Notes: generated from the sequence alone by a model not told the origin. Shown: positions 20,421 through 31,880, counted from the first letter of the stretch. The stretch is DNA of 64,000 bases from Candidatus Hydrogenedentota bacterium (GCA_026415215.1 JAOAHN010000063.1:778-64777); one strand, 5' to 3'. Translations and numbers: made by a program.

Positions 20421-23027
20421 TTATACCAGAACGGGTTCTACTTCATTCACCACCACAAACAAAAACTCATTCTTATCATCAACATCAATCCTCACTTCAC
20501 TACCTTCCTTAATTCCTTTAGAGAGGATTTGCATTGCTAACGGATCTACAATCCTACGCTGGATTAGGCGTTTTAAAGGTCTTGCTCCGTAAGTTGGATC
20601 ATATCCTTCTTCTGCAAGCAAATTTTTTGCTCTATCCGTGAGTACAATCTTAATCTTTCTTTCATCGAGTCGTTTTTGAATTTGCTTTATCTGAAGTTCA
20701 ACAATTTGTCGGATATCTTCCTTACTTAATGGATTGAATAAAATTATCTCATCAACCCTATTTAAAAATTCAGGTCTGAAATGGCTTCTAATCACATTTG
20801 TAACATAATCTACCTGTTTTTCATAACTCATGTCCTTTCTTAGAAAAACTTCACTGCCGAGATTAGATGTCATTATGACTATCGTATTTCTGAAGTCCAC
20901 AGTTCTACCTTTACCATCAGTCAACCTGCCGTCATCTAAAAGTTGCAATAACACATTGAATACCTCGGGATGTGCTTTCTCTATTTCATCTAATAATACT
21001 ACGCTGTAGGGTTTCCTTCTAACTGCTTCTGTAAGTTGTCCACCCTCTTCATAACCCACATACCCTGGCGGAGCACCTATTAATCTTGCCACAGAATGTT
21101 TCTCCATATATTCAGACATATCTATCCGAATCATAGCACTTTCGTGGTCGAACAATAGCTCAGCAAGTGCTCGAGCAAGCTCAGTTTTACCCACTCCCGT
21201 CGGACCAAGAAAGATAAAAGAGCCAATCGGTCTGTTAGGGTCTTTTAATCCCGATCTCGCCCGGCGCACCGCATCAGAGACAGCTTTAATACCTCCTTTT
21301 TGTCCCACAACCCTTTGAGAAAGACGTTCCTCCATATTCACAAGTCTCTGTATTTCACTTTCCATAAGTCTATCTACTGGAATTCCTGTCCAGCTTGAAA
21401 CTATTTTCGAAATATGCTCTTCTGTGACCTCTTCGCTTAGGAATGAACCGGACTTTTGATGTTCTTCAAGTTCCCTCCTTTTTCTCTCCAATTCCTTATT
21501 TAACTCTGTAAGAACACCATATCGAATTTCCGCTACTTTATCATAGTTGTTTTGCCTCTCGGCTATCTCTTCTTGTCTCTTAGCCTCTTCAATTTTCGCC
21601 TTTATCTCCCGAATTTGATTTATTAATAATTTTTCTTTTTGCCACTTTGCTTTTTTAGCACTCAGTTGCTCTTTAAGCTCCGAGATCTCCCTTTCTATCG
21701 ACTCTCTCCTCTCAACTCCTGAACGCTCAGTTTCTTTTTTTAACGCTACATACTCTATCTCCAACTGTCTAATCCTTCGGTCTAAAACATCTATCTCATA
21801 AGGCATACTATCTATCTCAATTCTTAAACGAGATGCGGCTTCATCAACAAGGTCTATCGCTTTATCCGGAAGAAATCTGTCAGTTATGTATCTATGACTT
21901 AGATACGCAGAGGCAACCAATGCGGCGTCTCTTATTCTCACCCCATGATGCACTTCGTATTTTTCCTTAAGCCCCCGAAGGATGGCAATGGTATCTTCAA
22001 TACTTGGCTCATCCACTAAAATTGGCTGAAACCTTCTTTCAAGTGCGGGGTCTTTCTCAATATATTTTCGATATTCGTCTATAGTGGTTGCACCTATACA
22101 ATGCAATTCTCCCCTTGCAAGAGCTGGCTTGAGCATATTAGAAGCGTCAATCGCACCCTCAGCTGAACCCGCACCTATTATCGTATGCATCTCATCTATA
22201 AATAAGATTATATTTCCTTCCGACTCTTGAACCGTATTTAAAACTGCTTTTAACCGCTCTTCAAACTCTCCCCTAAACTTGGTGCCCGCTATTAATGATG
22301 CCATATCTAAAGCGGCTATTCTCTTATTTTTTAATGTCTCAGGTACATCACCCGAAACTATACGCTGAGCTAAACCTTCCACTATGGCGGTCTTCCCAAC
22401 ACCTGGCTCACCTATCAATACAGGGTTATTTTTCGTTCGTCTCGAAAGAACCTGGATCACTCTTCTAATTTCCTCATCACGACCTATAACCGGATCTAAT
22501 TTCCCAGCTCGAGCAAGCTGGGTTAGGTCCCTACTAAACTTTTCCAGAGCATTGTAAGTAGACTCGGCATTAGGATCGTCAACTTGCTGGTTGCCTCTTA
22601 TCTCTCTTAGTACAGATAGCACCGCTTGTTCTTTCAAACCTAATTCTCTTAGTATCTTTCCAGCATAGTTATCTTTGTCCTGAATCATTCCCAGCAACAC
22701 ATGTTCAGAACTTAGGTAGCTATCTTTCAGATTTTTAGCATACTCCCAAGATACTTCAAAAACCTTTTGAAGTTCTTGAGATAAAGAGGGGTTATGAAGT
22801 CCTGAAACCTTTGGAAATCTCTGAAAATCTCTCTCTATTAGATTTCTCAATTGTCCCACAGACAAACCAAATCTCTGAATTATTGGGAGAACTGCAGAAT
22901 TAGACTTTACCAATAGAGAAGAAAGCAAATGCAAAGAAGTAACTTCCGGATGCCCCTTATTAGATGCCAAGTCTAAGGCATCTGAAACAGATTCTTGTAG
23001 CGGGATAGTTAGTTTGTCAAACCTCAT
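20421..23027 (-). CDS. clpB: ClpB disaggregase chaperone (AAA+).
   Basis: Clp N-domain, two Walker A sites (GEPGVGKT and GPTGVGKT) and a long coiled-coil middle domain. The start is at MRFDKL, where a GAAAGGAG RBS lies 8 nt upstream. The tracked start at 23045 is a TTG inside that RBS. Confidence 0.95.
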   Translation of the reverse strand: MRFDKLTIPLQESVSDALDLASNKGHPEVTSLHLLSSLLVKSNSAVLPIIQRFGLSVGQLRNLIERDFQRFPKVSGLHNPSLSQELQKVFEVSWEYAKNLKDSYLSSEHVLLGMIQDKDNYAGKILRELGLKEQAVLSVLREIRGNQQVDDPNAESTYNALEKFSRDLTQLARAGKLDPVIGRDEEIRRVIQVLSRRTKNNPVLIGEPGVGKTAIVEGLAQRIVSGDVPETLKNKRIAALDMASLIAGTKFRGEFEERLKAVLNTVQESEGNIILFIDEMHTIIGAGSAEGAIDASNMLKPALARGELHCIGATTIDEYRKYIEKDPALERRFQPILVDEPSIEDTIAILRGLKEKYEVHHGVRIRDAALVASAYLSHRYITDRFLPDKAIDLVDEAASRLRIEIDSMPYEIDVLDRRIRQLEIEYVALKKETERSGVERRESIEREISELKEQLSAKKAKWQKEKLLINQIREIKAKIEEAKRQEEIAERQNNYDKVAEIRYGVLTELNKELERKRRELEEHQKSGSFLSEEVTEEHISKIVSSWTGIPVDRLMESEIQRLVNMEERLSQRVVGQKGGIKAVSDAVRRARSGLKDPNRPIGSFIFLGPTGVGKTELARALAELLFDHESAMIRIDMSEYMEKHSVARLIGAPPGYVGYEEGGQLTEAVRRKPYSVVLLDEIEKAHPEVFNVLLQLLDDGRLTDGKGRTVDFRNTIVIMTSNLGSEVFLRKDMSYEKQVDYVTNVIRSHFRPEFLNRVDEIILFNPLSKEDIRQIVELQIKQIQKRLDERKIKIVLTDRAKNLLAEEGYDPTYGARPLKRLIQRRIVDPLAMQILSKGIKEGSEVRIDVDDKNEFLFVVVNEVEPVLV

Positions 23028-23175
23028 GTATAACACTCCTTTCAAGTAATTTCATCACAAAATTTTACCTAACATTAGCAATATACATGCCAAATATTAT
23101 CATCATATTCCCTTTACTAACATATCATTTATAAAAGCGTTAGTTTCAAAAAACAACAATATAATTACCTATCAT

Positions 23176-23217
23176 GTTTTAAAATGAAAAGACCGAGTAT
23201 TTTTTCACTCGGTCTTT
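23176..23217 (-). terminator. Rho-independent terminator downstream of the outer-membrane protein gene.
   Basis: Perfect 10-bp stem AAGACCGAGT / ACTCGGTCTT with an 8-nt loop. On the minus strand it is followed by TTTTCATTTT. Confidence 0.55.
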
Positions 23218-23251
23218 AGAAATGCAAATACCAAAATTAGCCTGAGTTAGA

Positions 23252-24856
23252 TTAAAACTTAAGAACACTCATCCAAAAGATATACCCAGCGTTGTCATCA
23301 TCAGTTCCGCCTGCGAAATCAGTCCCATTCCCTTGGATATATGCCCCTTGTGCAAGGCCATCTCCTACAAACAAGTAATTTCCATACAGCATAAACCACA
23401 AATCTTTAGAATAGTTGTATCTAATCCAAGCTGCAAGCTCCCAACCTATATCGTCCTCTCCCTCCTCAGTCCAAAAACTGAAAAATGGCAAGGCGTAAAA
23501 CTTCCTTCCAAAAATTTTGAAACTCTTAGGAGGATCAAATGGGGAGACAATCCCATCGTATGCTCCATGAAAGTGGAACAATATCTTCTCAGTAGGCTTT
23601 AGTTCAAACCCTAATTGAACCTGCCAGTAATTTGAAAGCCATCCATTATCGTTAACCGTTGGTAAATAGTTCCTATCAGAAAACAATCTATTGAAAGAAT
23701 GACTCGCCTCAGGCTCATAGAAAGGATTTATCCAATCCCAAAAACTTATATCTCTGTTATCATGGCCTTGGAAATACACTCCTAAAGTATATATTCTAGG
23801 TGTCCATTTGACATCTTGAAATGTATAACCGAGTGTTAGCTCCGCTCCCAAATCTCCCCATGAGGCGTCATCGTCACCGTATAAAAACCCTCCTATAGGT
23901 TTAAACCTCGCTCCAATAGAATCCGCATCTCCAAACTGGTAAGCCAACTCTAAATCATAATCAAATGATGAGTATTTTCCGAAAGCCCTGATTCCCACAG
24001 TATGCAAACGAGTAACACCGTAATCATCTCTATTTAATAAATCTTCCATAAATTCCAAGACAGGATCATCTTTTGTGTCGTGCGGACTTAACCCGTCCCT
24101 CAGGAAATACCAGTAAGCAGATAAACTAAGAGGTTTCCACCCAGAGTATGTTCCGTAAACTCCATAAAAGTCAATATCTCCATCTTGCTCTACATTATAT
24201 CTCTCAGCAAGCTTTGAGGCGAAAGCATCTAAAGTCCAGTTTCCTTCCTTGTAGGTTAATCTAATCGAATCTTGGGATGAATATTGAGAGGGGGTTAACA
24301 TATTCGTAACTAACCATCCCTTACCCATGATTAAATCTTGCCTGCCAATCTTTACTGTAATAGGCATATCAAATATATTTCTTACCTCAATATATGCTTG
24401 CTCAATCTCCACATCATCTTTAGACTCGGCTCTTGTATCCACACCAGTAACATAATCTTTCGACCTGAAATCTTCCCCCCCCACATAGAAATCATAAAAC
24501 TCAATAAATGCAGTGATGTCATCAGTAAAATCTGCTTTAAAGTTTAACAGAACGCTCGTTTCATATCTTGACCAGTCAGAACCCTCATTATCCCACTTAA
24601 ACATAGATGTTACCTTATCTCCTCCAACTGGTCTCTTAATCAAAAAAGCGGGAGGGATTCTTTCTTCTCTCGGTGCAAAGGTATTTATATACCATCTTCC
24701 TCTAATCCTTAGCTCTCCTCCCACGGAAACCGATTGTAACTCTCCTAATGTTTCAAAAGCTAAAAACAAAAAGATAATAAAAGATAGGTATCCCCTCGCC
24801 TTAATCATCATTTTGCATTCCCTTTCCATAATAAAAGTTAGTTGCTTTACTCCCAA
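23252..24856 (-). CDS. Putative outer-membrane beta-barrel protein (alginate-export / porin-like).
   Basis: N-terminal hydrophobic leader, GGELRIRGRWY start typical of alginate-export-type barrels, alternating amphipathic strands rich in aromatic residues, and a C-terminal Phe (…SVLKF). Confidence 0.45.
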   Translation of the reverse strand: MGVKQLTFIMERECKMMIKARGYLSFIIFLFLAFETLGELQSVSVGGELRIRGRWYINTFAPREERIPPAFLIKRPVGGDKVTSMFKWDNEGSDWSRYETSVLLNFKADFTDDITAFIEFYDFYVGGEDFRSKDYVTGVDTRAESKDDVEIEQAYIEVRNIFDMPITVKIGRQDLIMGKGWLVTNMLTPSQYSSQDSIRLTYKEGNWTLDAFASKLAERYNVEQDGDIDFYGVYGTYSGWKPLSLSAYWYFLRDGLSPHDTKDDPVLEFMEDLLNRDDYGVTRLHTVGIRAFGKYSSFDYDLELAYQFGDADSIGARFKPIGGFLYGDDDASWGDLGAELTLGYTFQDVKWTPRIYTLGVYFQGHDNRDISFWDWINPFYEPEASHSFNRLFSDRNYLPTVNDNGWLSNYWQVQLGFELKPTEKILFHFHGAYDGIVSPFDPPKSFKIFGRKFYALPFFSFWTEEGEDDIGWELAAWIRYNYSKDLWFMLYGNYLFVGDGLAQGAYIQGNGTDFAGGTDDDNAGYIFWMSVLKF

Positions 24857-24977
24857 AAAGACAGGGAACTATTATACTCTCAGTTTTTCATCATTTCAAA
24901 CTAATATTAGAAATTTTCCACTTAGTGTTGGTGTTAATTACATAAAAAATTATTAGGATATTATAGGAGGTTCAAAA

Positions 24978-25559
24978 ATGGTAGCGGTAAACTCTCAAAT
25001 GGTCCCTCTTGGCACTATTGCACATCACTTTGAATTACCAGATCCCACAGGAAAAATATATAAATTAAGCAACCTAAAAGGAGAAAAAGGAACATTAATA
25101 ATATTTATGTGTAATCATTGTCCATTTGTTAAGCATGTAATCAGAGAAATTGTGAACATTGCAAATGACTATGTTAGAAAAGGGATTGCAGTAGTAGGTA
25201 TCAATTCTAACGATACCCAGAAGTACCCTGAGGATTCACCTCAAAATATGATTGAATTCATCAAACATGAAGAAATACCATTTCCATACCTTATAGATGA
25301 AACTCAAGAAGTGGCAAAATTATACAAAGCAGCTTGCACTCCAGATTTTTTCCTCTTTGATTCAGAGCTAAGACTTTTCTACAGAGGACAATTGGATAGT
25401 TCGAGACCCGGAAATAATATACCAGTTAGTGGAGAAGATCTCAGAAATGCCCTCGAGTCTCTCCTTTCAGGTAAATCTCCACCAGCAAATCAAAAACCGA
25501 GTATGGGATGCAACATAAAATGGAAACCAGGTAATGAACCCGACTATTTTAAGCCCTAA
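24978..25559 (+). CDS. Thioredoxin-fold protein with a CxxC active site (AhpC/TSA or TlpA-like).
   Basis: FMCNHCPFV CxxC motif in a thioredoxin-like context. No signal peptide. Confidence 0.55.
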   Translation: MVAVNSQMVPLGTIAHHFELPDPTGKIYKLSNLKGEKGTLIIFMCNHCPFVKHVIREIVNIANDYVRKGIAVVGINSNDTQKYPEDSPQNMIEFIKHEEIPFPYLIDETQEVAKLYKAACTPDFFLFDSELRLFYRGQLDSSRPGNNIPVSGEDLRNALESLLSGKSPPANQKPSMGCNIKWKPGNEPDYFKP

Positions 25560-25703
25560 CTGATATTCCTTATAATAGACACAATTTTACTGTCTTTACT
25601 CCTATAGTTTATCAACCACTTGGAAAAGATACTACTCTATTGTGTATATTTTTATAATTAAATTTGTATATTTATATAATAATGCTGGTATAAGGTTACA
25701 AAT

Positions 25704-26162
25704 ATGGGTAATGAAAATGCTCAAATCAGTAAATCGGAGGTAAGGATACAAACCTTTAGAATATCCATGTACATTCTTTCAGCTTTATATCTTGGAGGTG
25801 CATTATTTTTCTTTTTCATTCCTGACGGCGTATACTATATTCTCAATTTCCCTCCTCTATTTCTCAAGGTATTACATCCACTCCCCAAAGAAAATGTAGA
25901 CTTTTTCTGGTTACCCCTTGTAGGTTCTTTGATGTTTGTTCTATCCCTTATTGCATATCATTCAGCCAAGGACCCAAAAAATACAACCTTGGTAAATATC
26001 CATATAATATCTAAATTTGTATCATCAATGGGGTACCTCTACCTATTCATCTTTTCTTCCAAAATATTTGGATACATTATCGGCTTTACCCTCGACCTAC
26101 TTATATGCATCTATGTGTTTTATCTGAAAATCCAGATTAAAAACTATATAAAAGAAACATGA
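25704..26162 (+). CDS. Small polytopic membrane protein (4 TM), first gene of a translationally coupled 4-gene operon.
   Basis: Four hydrophobic helices. ATGA stop/start overlap with the next gene. Confidence 0.4.
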   Translation: MGNENAQISKSEVRIQTFRISMYILSALYLGGALFFFFIPDGVYYILNFPPLFLKVLHPLPKENVDFFWLPLVGSLMFVLSLIAYHSAKDPKNTTLVNIHIISKFVSSMGYLYLFIFSSKIFGYIIGFTLDLLICIYVFYLKIQIKNYIKET

Positions 26163-27196
26163 AATTCCCATACAAAGTTACTAATTCTCCGTTTTTCCAA
26201 CAATTTGAAAAATGTTATGAAGTATGGTATTGGAAATTAAATTCACTTGATAAAAAGTTCGCTTTTTGGTATAGATTTACAATACTTAAAACTCCACTCA
26301 AATCTATTGTCGAGGTATGGGGAATTCTCACACAAAATCTCTCAACTACTCATCAGAGCCCCAAATACCTGTTGAGAGGAATAAAAAATACCTTCGACCT
26401 TAATGAGTTAAAAGTTTCATCTGAAGCAAATAAAAGCTTACTTGAAGTTCGAGAAAACTTTACGAACTTTAGTGAAACAAGAGGTCATATAACTGACAGT
26501 GAAGGTGTTATTAAATGGATACTATTCCATAGACCCGAGAATGGTCCATTGTATTATAACTTTATTCCACAAACCCTTTGGAAAATAGGACTTTCAAAAA
26601 ACTATGCTGTCACTACATATGAAAATCTGATGTTTGAAGGAGAGATTATTTGCGACGATAAAGTGATCCCCGTTGAACAAGCACTTGGAATGCAAGGTCA
26701 CCTATGCGGAACACAACAAGGACACTCTTGGGCTTGGGCTCATGGAAATATTTTTTATAACGAAAAAACAGGAGAAAGAGTCCCGTGTATTGTAGATATT
26801 TTAACTGCTCGCACTAAGTTAGGAAATTTTTTAACATCTCCTAAAATTTCATCTGTATTTATAAAATATAAAGACCAAATATTTTCTACTTCGAGCATTA
26901 CCGATTTACTTAAAGTCCACTCCTATTATGAGCCATCTTACTGGAAACTCAAAATCAAGAACAATAAACGCAAATTTATAATTGATGTAGACACAGAAGA
27001 AGCCTCTATAGCGGGCGTAAAATATGAAGATACTGACAACACTAATCTATACTGTTACAACTCAAAAGTCGCTACTATAAAAATTAAGATTTTAGATGCG
27101 GTTTCCAACGAAGAAACACTTCTGATTAGCCCTAAATTATCAGCATTTGAATGGGTTCAAAGAGAAATTTGGAACAAAAGGGAAATCTTGATATAA
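26159..27196 (+). CDS. Hypothetical soluble protein, possibly tocopherol-cyclase / CrtC-like fold (weak).
   Basis: N-terminal SPFFQQFEKCYEVWYWKL…KKFAFWYRFTIL loosely resembles the FFEGWYFR…FAFMYSI start of tocopherol cyclases. This is memory-based and low confidence. Confidence 0.35.
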   Translation: MKFPYKVTNSPFFQQFEKCYEVWYWKLNSLDKKFAFWYRFTILKTPLKSIVEVWGILTQNLSTTHQSPKYLLRGIKNTFDLNELKVSSEANKSLLEVRENFTNFSETRGHITDSEGVIKWILFHRPENGPLYYNFIPQTLWKIGLSKNYAVTTYENLMFEGEIICDDKVIPVEQALGMQGHLCGTQQGHSWAWAHGNIFYNEKTGERVPCIVDILTARTKLGNFLTSPKISSVFIKYKDQIFSTSSITDLLKVHSYYEPSYWKLKIKNNKRKFIIDVDTEEASIAGVKYEDTDNTNLYCYNSKVATIKIKILDAVSNEETLLISPKLSAFEWVQREIWNKREILI

Positions 27197-27200
27197 AACC

Positions 27201-27635
27201 ATGAAAAACTTTGTGATTAAAAACTCTTATTACATCATCTCGACTTTCTTCAGTGATTCAAATACCATATTAGAGGGGACATCACCGGAAGACCTGTGGC
27301 TTGAAATAAGAAAAACCTTATCCTCGATTCCCAGAGTAAACAGACTGCTAATTTTGTTCTCTATAATACTTATTTCATTTATATTACCTCCCTACGGAAC
27401 ATTCAATATTTTTTACAAAGCTCCTCTTGAAAAAAGAAAAAAATGGTTAAGTGCATGGGCGGAGTCGCAATTTTCAATATTTAAATATGCGTTCGTAGGT
27501 GTCCGCATAATACTTTACGGAAGTTTTTCTCAGCTTCCCACTGTAATGCAAAAAACAGAGTATTTATCTACTTCTCTCAAGACGAGAGATTATGAGTTAA
27601 CCTGTACAGAGGTAATCAACCGGTTAAATGAATGA
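27201..27635 (+). CDS. Small single-TM protein, possibly an accessory subunit of the downstream GMC oxidoreductase.
   Basis: One TM (LLILFSIILISFILPP). Overlaps the GMC start by 8 nt. Confidence 0.35.
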   Translation: MKNFVIKNSYYIISTFFSDSNTILEGTSPEDLWLEIRKTLSSIPRVNRLLILFSIILISFILPPYGTFNIFYKAPLEKRKKWLSAWAESQFSIFKYAFVGVRIILYGSFSQLPTVMQKTEYLSTSLKTRDYELTCTEVINRLNE

Positions 27636-29175
27636 TTTCATAAGAGAAATATATCACTCGAAAAATGTAATAGACCTATACTCAAATCCTTCTTGTGAAT
27701 ACACTAAAATTACATACGACTTTATTGTAGTCGGTAGCGGGGCAGGTGGAGCAGTAGTTGCTAAAGAATTGTCCGAAATTGGGGCAAAAGTAGCACTAAT
27801 AGAAGAAGGCCCATTACCCTTTCCATTTGAAAAATCTGCCTTTCGTTCTCTATTGAAAATATATAGAGAAAGTGGTTTTACAGGAGTCTTAGGAAAGCCT
27901 ATGATTCCCATACCACTTGGTAGGTGCGTTGGTGGAACTACTACTATAAACTCAGGCACTTGCTTCAGAACTCCGCAAGAAGTTTTTGACAAATGGAATA
28001 ATGAACTTAACCTTTCTACCCTTGTGAATAGCAATTGGGAATATCTCTTCACAAAAGTAGAAAAAGAAATCCATGTCGAAGAAGCAAAATGGGAAGTAAT
28101 GAACAAATCAAGTCATTTCATAAAAAGAATATTCACTACTCATGGATATGAATGTTTGCCATTGCGAAGGAATACAGAAAACTGTCAAGGCTGCGGAATG
28201 TGTTGTTATGTTTGCACTTCAGGTGCTAAAAAAAGTATGGAAGTTAGTTATATCCCTAAAGGGATAAAAAATGGGATGCTTCTTTTCTATAACGCAAAAG
28301 TTACAAGGATTTCATTAGACTCAAACCATAAAAGAATAACGGGAGTAGAAGTAGAAATTGTAAATCCCTCTAATAAGAAGCCTTTAGGAAAGATTAATAT
28401 AAAAGGAGGAGTGGTAATAATCGCATGCGGAGCGCTTCTTACCCCATCCCTCTTACAAAAAAGTGGCATAGCGAGAAATAACACTCACTTAGGAAAACAT
28501 TTAACTATACACCCCGCAAGTAAAATCTCCATAGAATTAGAAGAAGACATATATTCATGGGTGGGAATTCCTCAAGCTTGCTATAGCACTGCTTTGGAGA
28601 AGGAAGGAATAATATTTGAAGGGGTAGCAATGCCTCCTGATTTAGGACCATCTGCTATACCTTTTATAGGAGAAGAACTTGTAAACTACTTCACCAATTA
28701 TAGAAAAATGGCAACCTTTGGCTTCATGATAAAAGACTCTACTGAAGGTTATCTCAAAACACATATAAATAACCAGCCAATCTATTACTATCAGTTAACT
28801 GAAAGTGATGTATCAAGATTGAAAAAAGCGATAACTTTTCTTTCTGAATTAGCTATGAGTGAAAAAACAAAAAAGGTCTATGCTATGGTAAGCAAAAAAC
28901 CAAATGTTTTTTCCTCATTAGAAGATATTCAAAAGTTTATGAAAACGAAACACTCTCCGAATGATTTTGAATGTATGGCTTTTCATCCACTGGGCACATG
29001 TAGAGTAGGAACTTCACCTGAAAATGGTGTCTGTGACGAAACACTTAAGGTATTTGGAACGGAAAACCTGTATATATGCGATGGGAGTGCAATTCCTACT
29101 TCTCTCGGAGTAAACCCTCAACTAACCATAATGGCTTTTGCCACAAGATTAGCAACCATTATAAGCAAAACCTAA
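27628..29175 (+). CDS. GMC-family FAD-dependent oxidoreductase.
   Basis: N-terminal YDFIVVGSGAGGAVVA FAD fold. C-terminal GMC signature AFHPLGTCRVG and GSAIPTSLGVNPQLT. Confidence 0.85.
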   Translation: MNDFIREIYHSKNVIDLYSNPSCEYTKITYDFIVVGSGAGGAVVAKELSEIGAKVALIEEGPLPFPFEKSAFRSLLKIYRESGFTGVLGKPMIPIPLGRCVGGTTTINSGTCFRTPQEVFDKWNNELNLSTLVNSNWEYLFTKVEKEIHVEEAKWEVMNKSSHFIKRIFTTHGYECLPLRRNTENCQGCGMCCYVCTSGAKKSMEVSYIPKGIKNGMLLFYNAKVTRISLDSNHKRITGVEVEIVNPSNKKPLGKINIKGGVVIIACGALLTPSLLQKSGIARNNTHLGKHLTIHPASKISIELEEDIYSWVGIPQACYSTALEKEGIIFEGVAMPPDLGPSAIPFIGEELVNYFTNYRKMATFGFMIKDSTEGYLKTHINNQPIYYYQLTESDVSRLKKAITFLSELAMSEKTKKVYAMVSKKPNVFSSLEDIQKFMKTKHSPNDFECMAFHPLGTCRVGTSPENGVCDETLKVFGTENLYICDGSAIPTSLGVNPQLTIMAFATRLATIISKT

Positions 29176-31880
29176 TTTGTATGTAGGGAGAAAGAATCAA
29201 TCCAAAAAACTGCGGAATTATGAACCGTTGGAACAATCTTAATAGACTTAACCCGACCTAACCATCGAGGATGCGTTCTTAAATCAAATGTATAGATATA
29301 ATAATTCCCGTCAGCTCTAACAGGAATAGTTATTGAATTAGCTTCATCAAAATTCATCATCTTGAAAGCCCAGTAGAGTTTTACTTGAGAAACTCCCTCA
29401 CTAACATTATCTACCCTTAGCCTAATTGTAGCTCTCGGATACTTGAAAGCCAAAATTCCTTCAGTGTCATAGAAGAAAAAATATATAGAGGAATTTTCCG
29501 TGAGGGTCTTTCCCATTAAACTACCATCTACTACCTTCAAGTCATCTATCCCACTTAACACCTTCCATCCAGAAGTGCTATCCTGAAAATCCCAAAAAGT
29601 CCTTATCGGCTCAATCGGAAAATCATAAGGACCTAATCCAACATCTTCAGGAGCTATATTTACGGGCAGTGGTTCAGTATTCGACTTGGCAAAAACATCT
29701 CTTATAGCCTCATACATAGAAAATCCAAACTCGACATTAGGCTCTATATAACTGCCCTCTCCCCATTCATTCAAGGGACCCAATACCACAATGTTATTGT
29801 GATTTTCCTCTGTGTAATGTCTCGCCTTCAACAAAATCTCTCTAAATAACTCCGGAGTTCTACCAGAAATTACTAAAGCTCTTGTTCCATGCCAAGGACG
29901 GGAATCCCACCCTGTTTCTACTAAGGGATAATATATGATTCCCTCACAAAGGTTCCTTTTTTCTACCCACGAGGAATATGCAGTTTGTACTACATCTTCA
30001 TATCTCGCATAGTTAGAAACTGATGACTTCTGTAATGCTTTTTCAAACTCATGATAGTTTGTAAAACAAGCATAACCTTCTTCTACTAAAGTCTTTAACT
30101 CCGATGGAGTTCGGTTATTATTAACCGCCATGAAAACTATTCCATCGAATCCCTTCTCTTTGGCTAATTCCTGCGACCTCGTCAATAAAACCTTTACCGA
30201 GTCAGAGCCACCTAAATCATTTCTCAAATTCTCAGGGGACCAAATACAAACCAAGGGTTTATTACCTAACTTATAATAAGAAGGCAAATTAAAATAATTA
30301 TCGAGCCATTCGAGATTAACTTTTTCCCAATCTTCGGGAGAGTGAGTTTTAGGAGGGTTATGATTAGCCCACATTATAGCTACTTTTAGATAGTCCCTAT
30401 ATTTCGCTTTTTTATATGCTTCAAACCAATGTTTCAAAGATTGCCTTCCCGCAACCCAGTACCAATCAACCAAAAAACACTTTATCCCATTTTCCACTGC
30501 CCATTTAATTTGCCAATCTACACATTCTGGGTTACCCTCATTATAAAAACCTAAAGCTGGTTTTCTAACAGGGGATACGGTCCTAATACAATCCCACTTC
30601 TCCGCTGTGTCCCATCCTGGGAAATAAAAAGCACATAGATCCACCTTAGTCTCAATAGGTTTAGGCTCAGGAACATAATCTACCTCAACCTTCTGAATCT
30701 CTGGAAGAACAGTGATTTCGGCTGTATTTTCAGCTAACAAATCCTCTTTCGAGAAAGCTTGGACTTTTAATAAATGTTTACCATCTTTATCGCTTTTTAT
30801 AATCCATTTAACACTCGTATATTCCCCATACTCTACTATGTAAGGAGGCTCCGGCATTGGCCCTTCAACTATATCTATTCCTTCGGAAACTTCTAATCTT
30901 ACATCTCTAATTTCCTTCTCACCACCACCTATGTTACTAAACCTTGCCATAATTCCAAAAGGCCTGTTAACTCTATTGATTGCGTTCTCAGGTCCAAGGT
31001 AATTAACAGATAATTCAGGTTGCCCTAAAGGCTCTTCTCCTAAACTAATCTTAAATATCTTCATTTTTTGTGAATCAGGCAGTATAAATCCCATTGCTAC
31101 AAGTGTCCCAATCCAATTATTCTCCGAGGACATGTCCAAAGTGATGTAATGTCTTTTGCCATCACACTTATTAAAGGGAACTGAGATAGAGCGAAGACCT
31201 GAAATCTCTTTACTACTCCACAAAAATGTAATTGGAGGAACACAACCATCACTTGAATACTCAATACTTATAAAGGTTCTCTTACCCAACTCCAACTCTA
31301 AAGGTGGAGAAAAAAAATAATTAGAATTTTCTTCAATTTTCCAGCTCGAAATATCACCTTCGGGGAAAATCCAATCCCAAACATTATTAAAAGGAGATTC
31401 TTTACTCCAGGATTTAATAGAAATCTTTTCTATCTCAAAATTTACCCCTTCATACAAGTCTAACCTAATTTTCTTTATTTTACCTTCCTTATGCCAAAAG
31501 GGGAATATGCAAATCTCCTGCCATTCATTAGTATCCTTAACATTAAAGAAAGTAGATTTCTCCTGAGATAATCCGCCGTAAGGACCCTCATCGGTTCCAC
31601 TCCAAAATAACTGGCCAACCCCTCCTTTATCCACCCGGAGTTTCACTTTTAGATATTGATATGGTGTCGCTTCCAAATCCAATTTCTCACAAAGCAAATA
31701 AGGATCATAGCCCGAGGTAAATCCACTCAACTTTCCATCCGAAACTCTAATGTTTGAAATATACGAGTTAGGGACCCATACCGAAATCACATCCTCCTTA
31801 TCAAAAAACCACTCAGGTAATTGAGAAAACACAAGAAGTGAGAACATCAGAATACTCATACCGTAGTAATCTCCCTCCAA
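29172..31880 (-). CDS. Large secreted protein with a WbsX-like (GH99-like TIM-barrel) glycosyl hydrolase/transferase-like domain.
   Basis: N-terminal hydrophobic leader. The central AFYFPGWDTAEKWDCIRTV…GFYNEGNPECVDWQIKWAVENGIKCFLVDWYW resembles the WbsX FYLPQFH…GyYdl.npev…A..yGIdGF.fyhYW block. Confidence 0.45.
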   Translation of the reverse strand: MEGDYYGMSILMFSLLVFSQLPEWFFDKEDVISVWVPNSYISNIRVSDGKLSGFTSGYDPYLLCEKLDLEATPYQYLKVKLRVDKGGVGQLFWSGTDEGPYGGLSQEKSTFFNVKDTNEWQEICIFPFWHKEGKIKKIRLDLYEGVNFEIEKISIKSWSKESPFNNVWDWIFPEGDISSWKIEENSNYFFSPPLELELGKRTFISIEYSSDGCVPPITFLWSSKEISGLRSISVPFNKCDGKRHYITLDMSSENNWIGTLVAMGFILPDSQKMKIFKISLGEEPLGQPELSVNYLGPENAINRVNRPFGIMARFSNIGGGEKEIRDVRLEVSEGIDIVEGPMPEPPYIVEYGEYTSVKWIIKSDKDGKHLLKVQAFSKEDLLAENTAEITVLPEIQKVEVDYVPEPKPIETKVDLCAFYFPGWDTAEKWDCIRTVSPVRKPALGFYNEGNPECVDWQIKWAVENGIKCFLVDWYWVAGRQSLKHWFEAYKKAKYRDYLKVAIMWANHNPPKTHSPEDWEKVNLEWLDNYFNLPSYYKLGNKPLVCIWSPENLRNDLGGSDSVKVLLTRSQELAKEKGFDGIVFMAVNNNRTPSELKTLVEEGYACFTNYHEFEKALQKSSVSNYARYEDVVQTAYSSWVEKRNLCEGIIYYPLVETGWDSRPWHGTRALVISGRTPELFREILLKARHYTEENHNNIVVLGPLNEWGEGSYIEPNVEFGFSMYEAIRDVFAKSNTEPLPVNIAPEDVGLGPYDFPIEPIRTFWDFQDSTSGWKVLSGIDDLKVVDGSLMGKTLTENSSIYFFFYDTEGILAFKYPRATIRLRVDNVSEGVSQVKLYWAFKMMNFDEANSITIPVRADGNYYIYTFDLRTHPRWLGRVKSIKIVPTVHNSAVFWIDSFSLHTN

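Noticed and set aside
23028-23045. Upstream extension of clpB (MKGVLY…).
   Set aside because: The apparent start is a TTG embedded in the GAAAGGAG RBS that serves the ATG at 23027. ClpB proteins start with MR(L/F)D(K/R)LT.
24513-24956. 147-aa plus-strand ORF overlapping the start of the outer-membrane protein gene.
   Set aside because: Antisense to a well-supported 534-aa gene, low-complexity and without an RBS. Judged spurious, like the many other 60-160-aa antisense ORFs in the track (for example 155..535, 3704..4186, 17030..17398, 27654..28106, 57301..57636).
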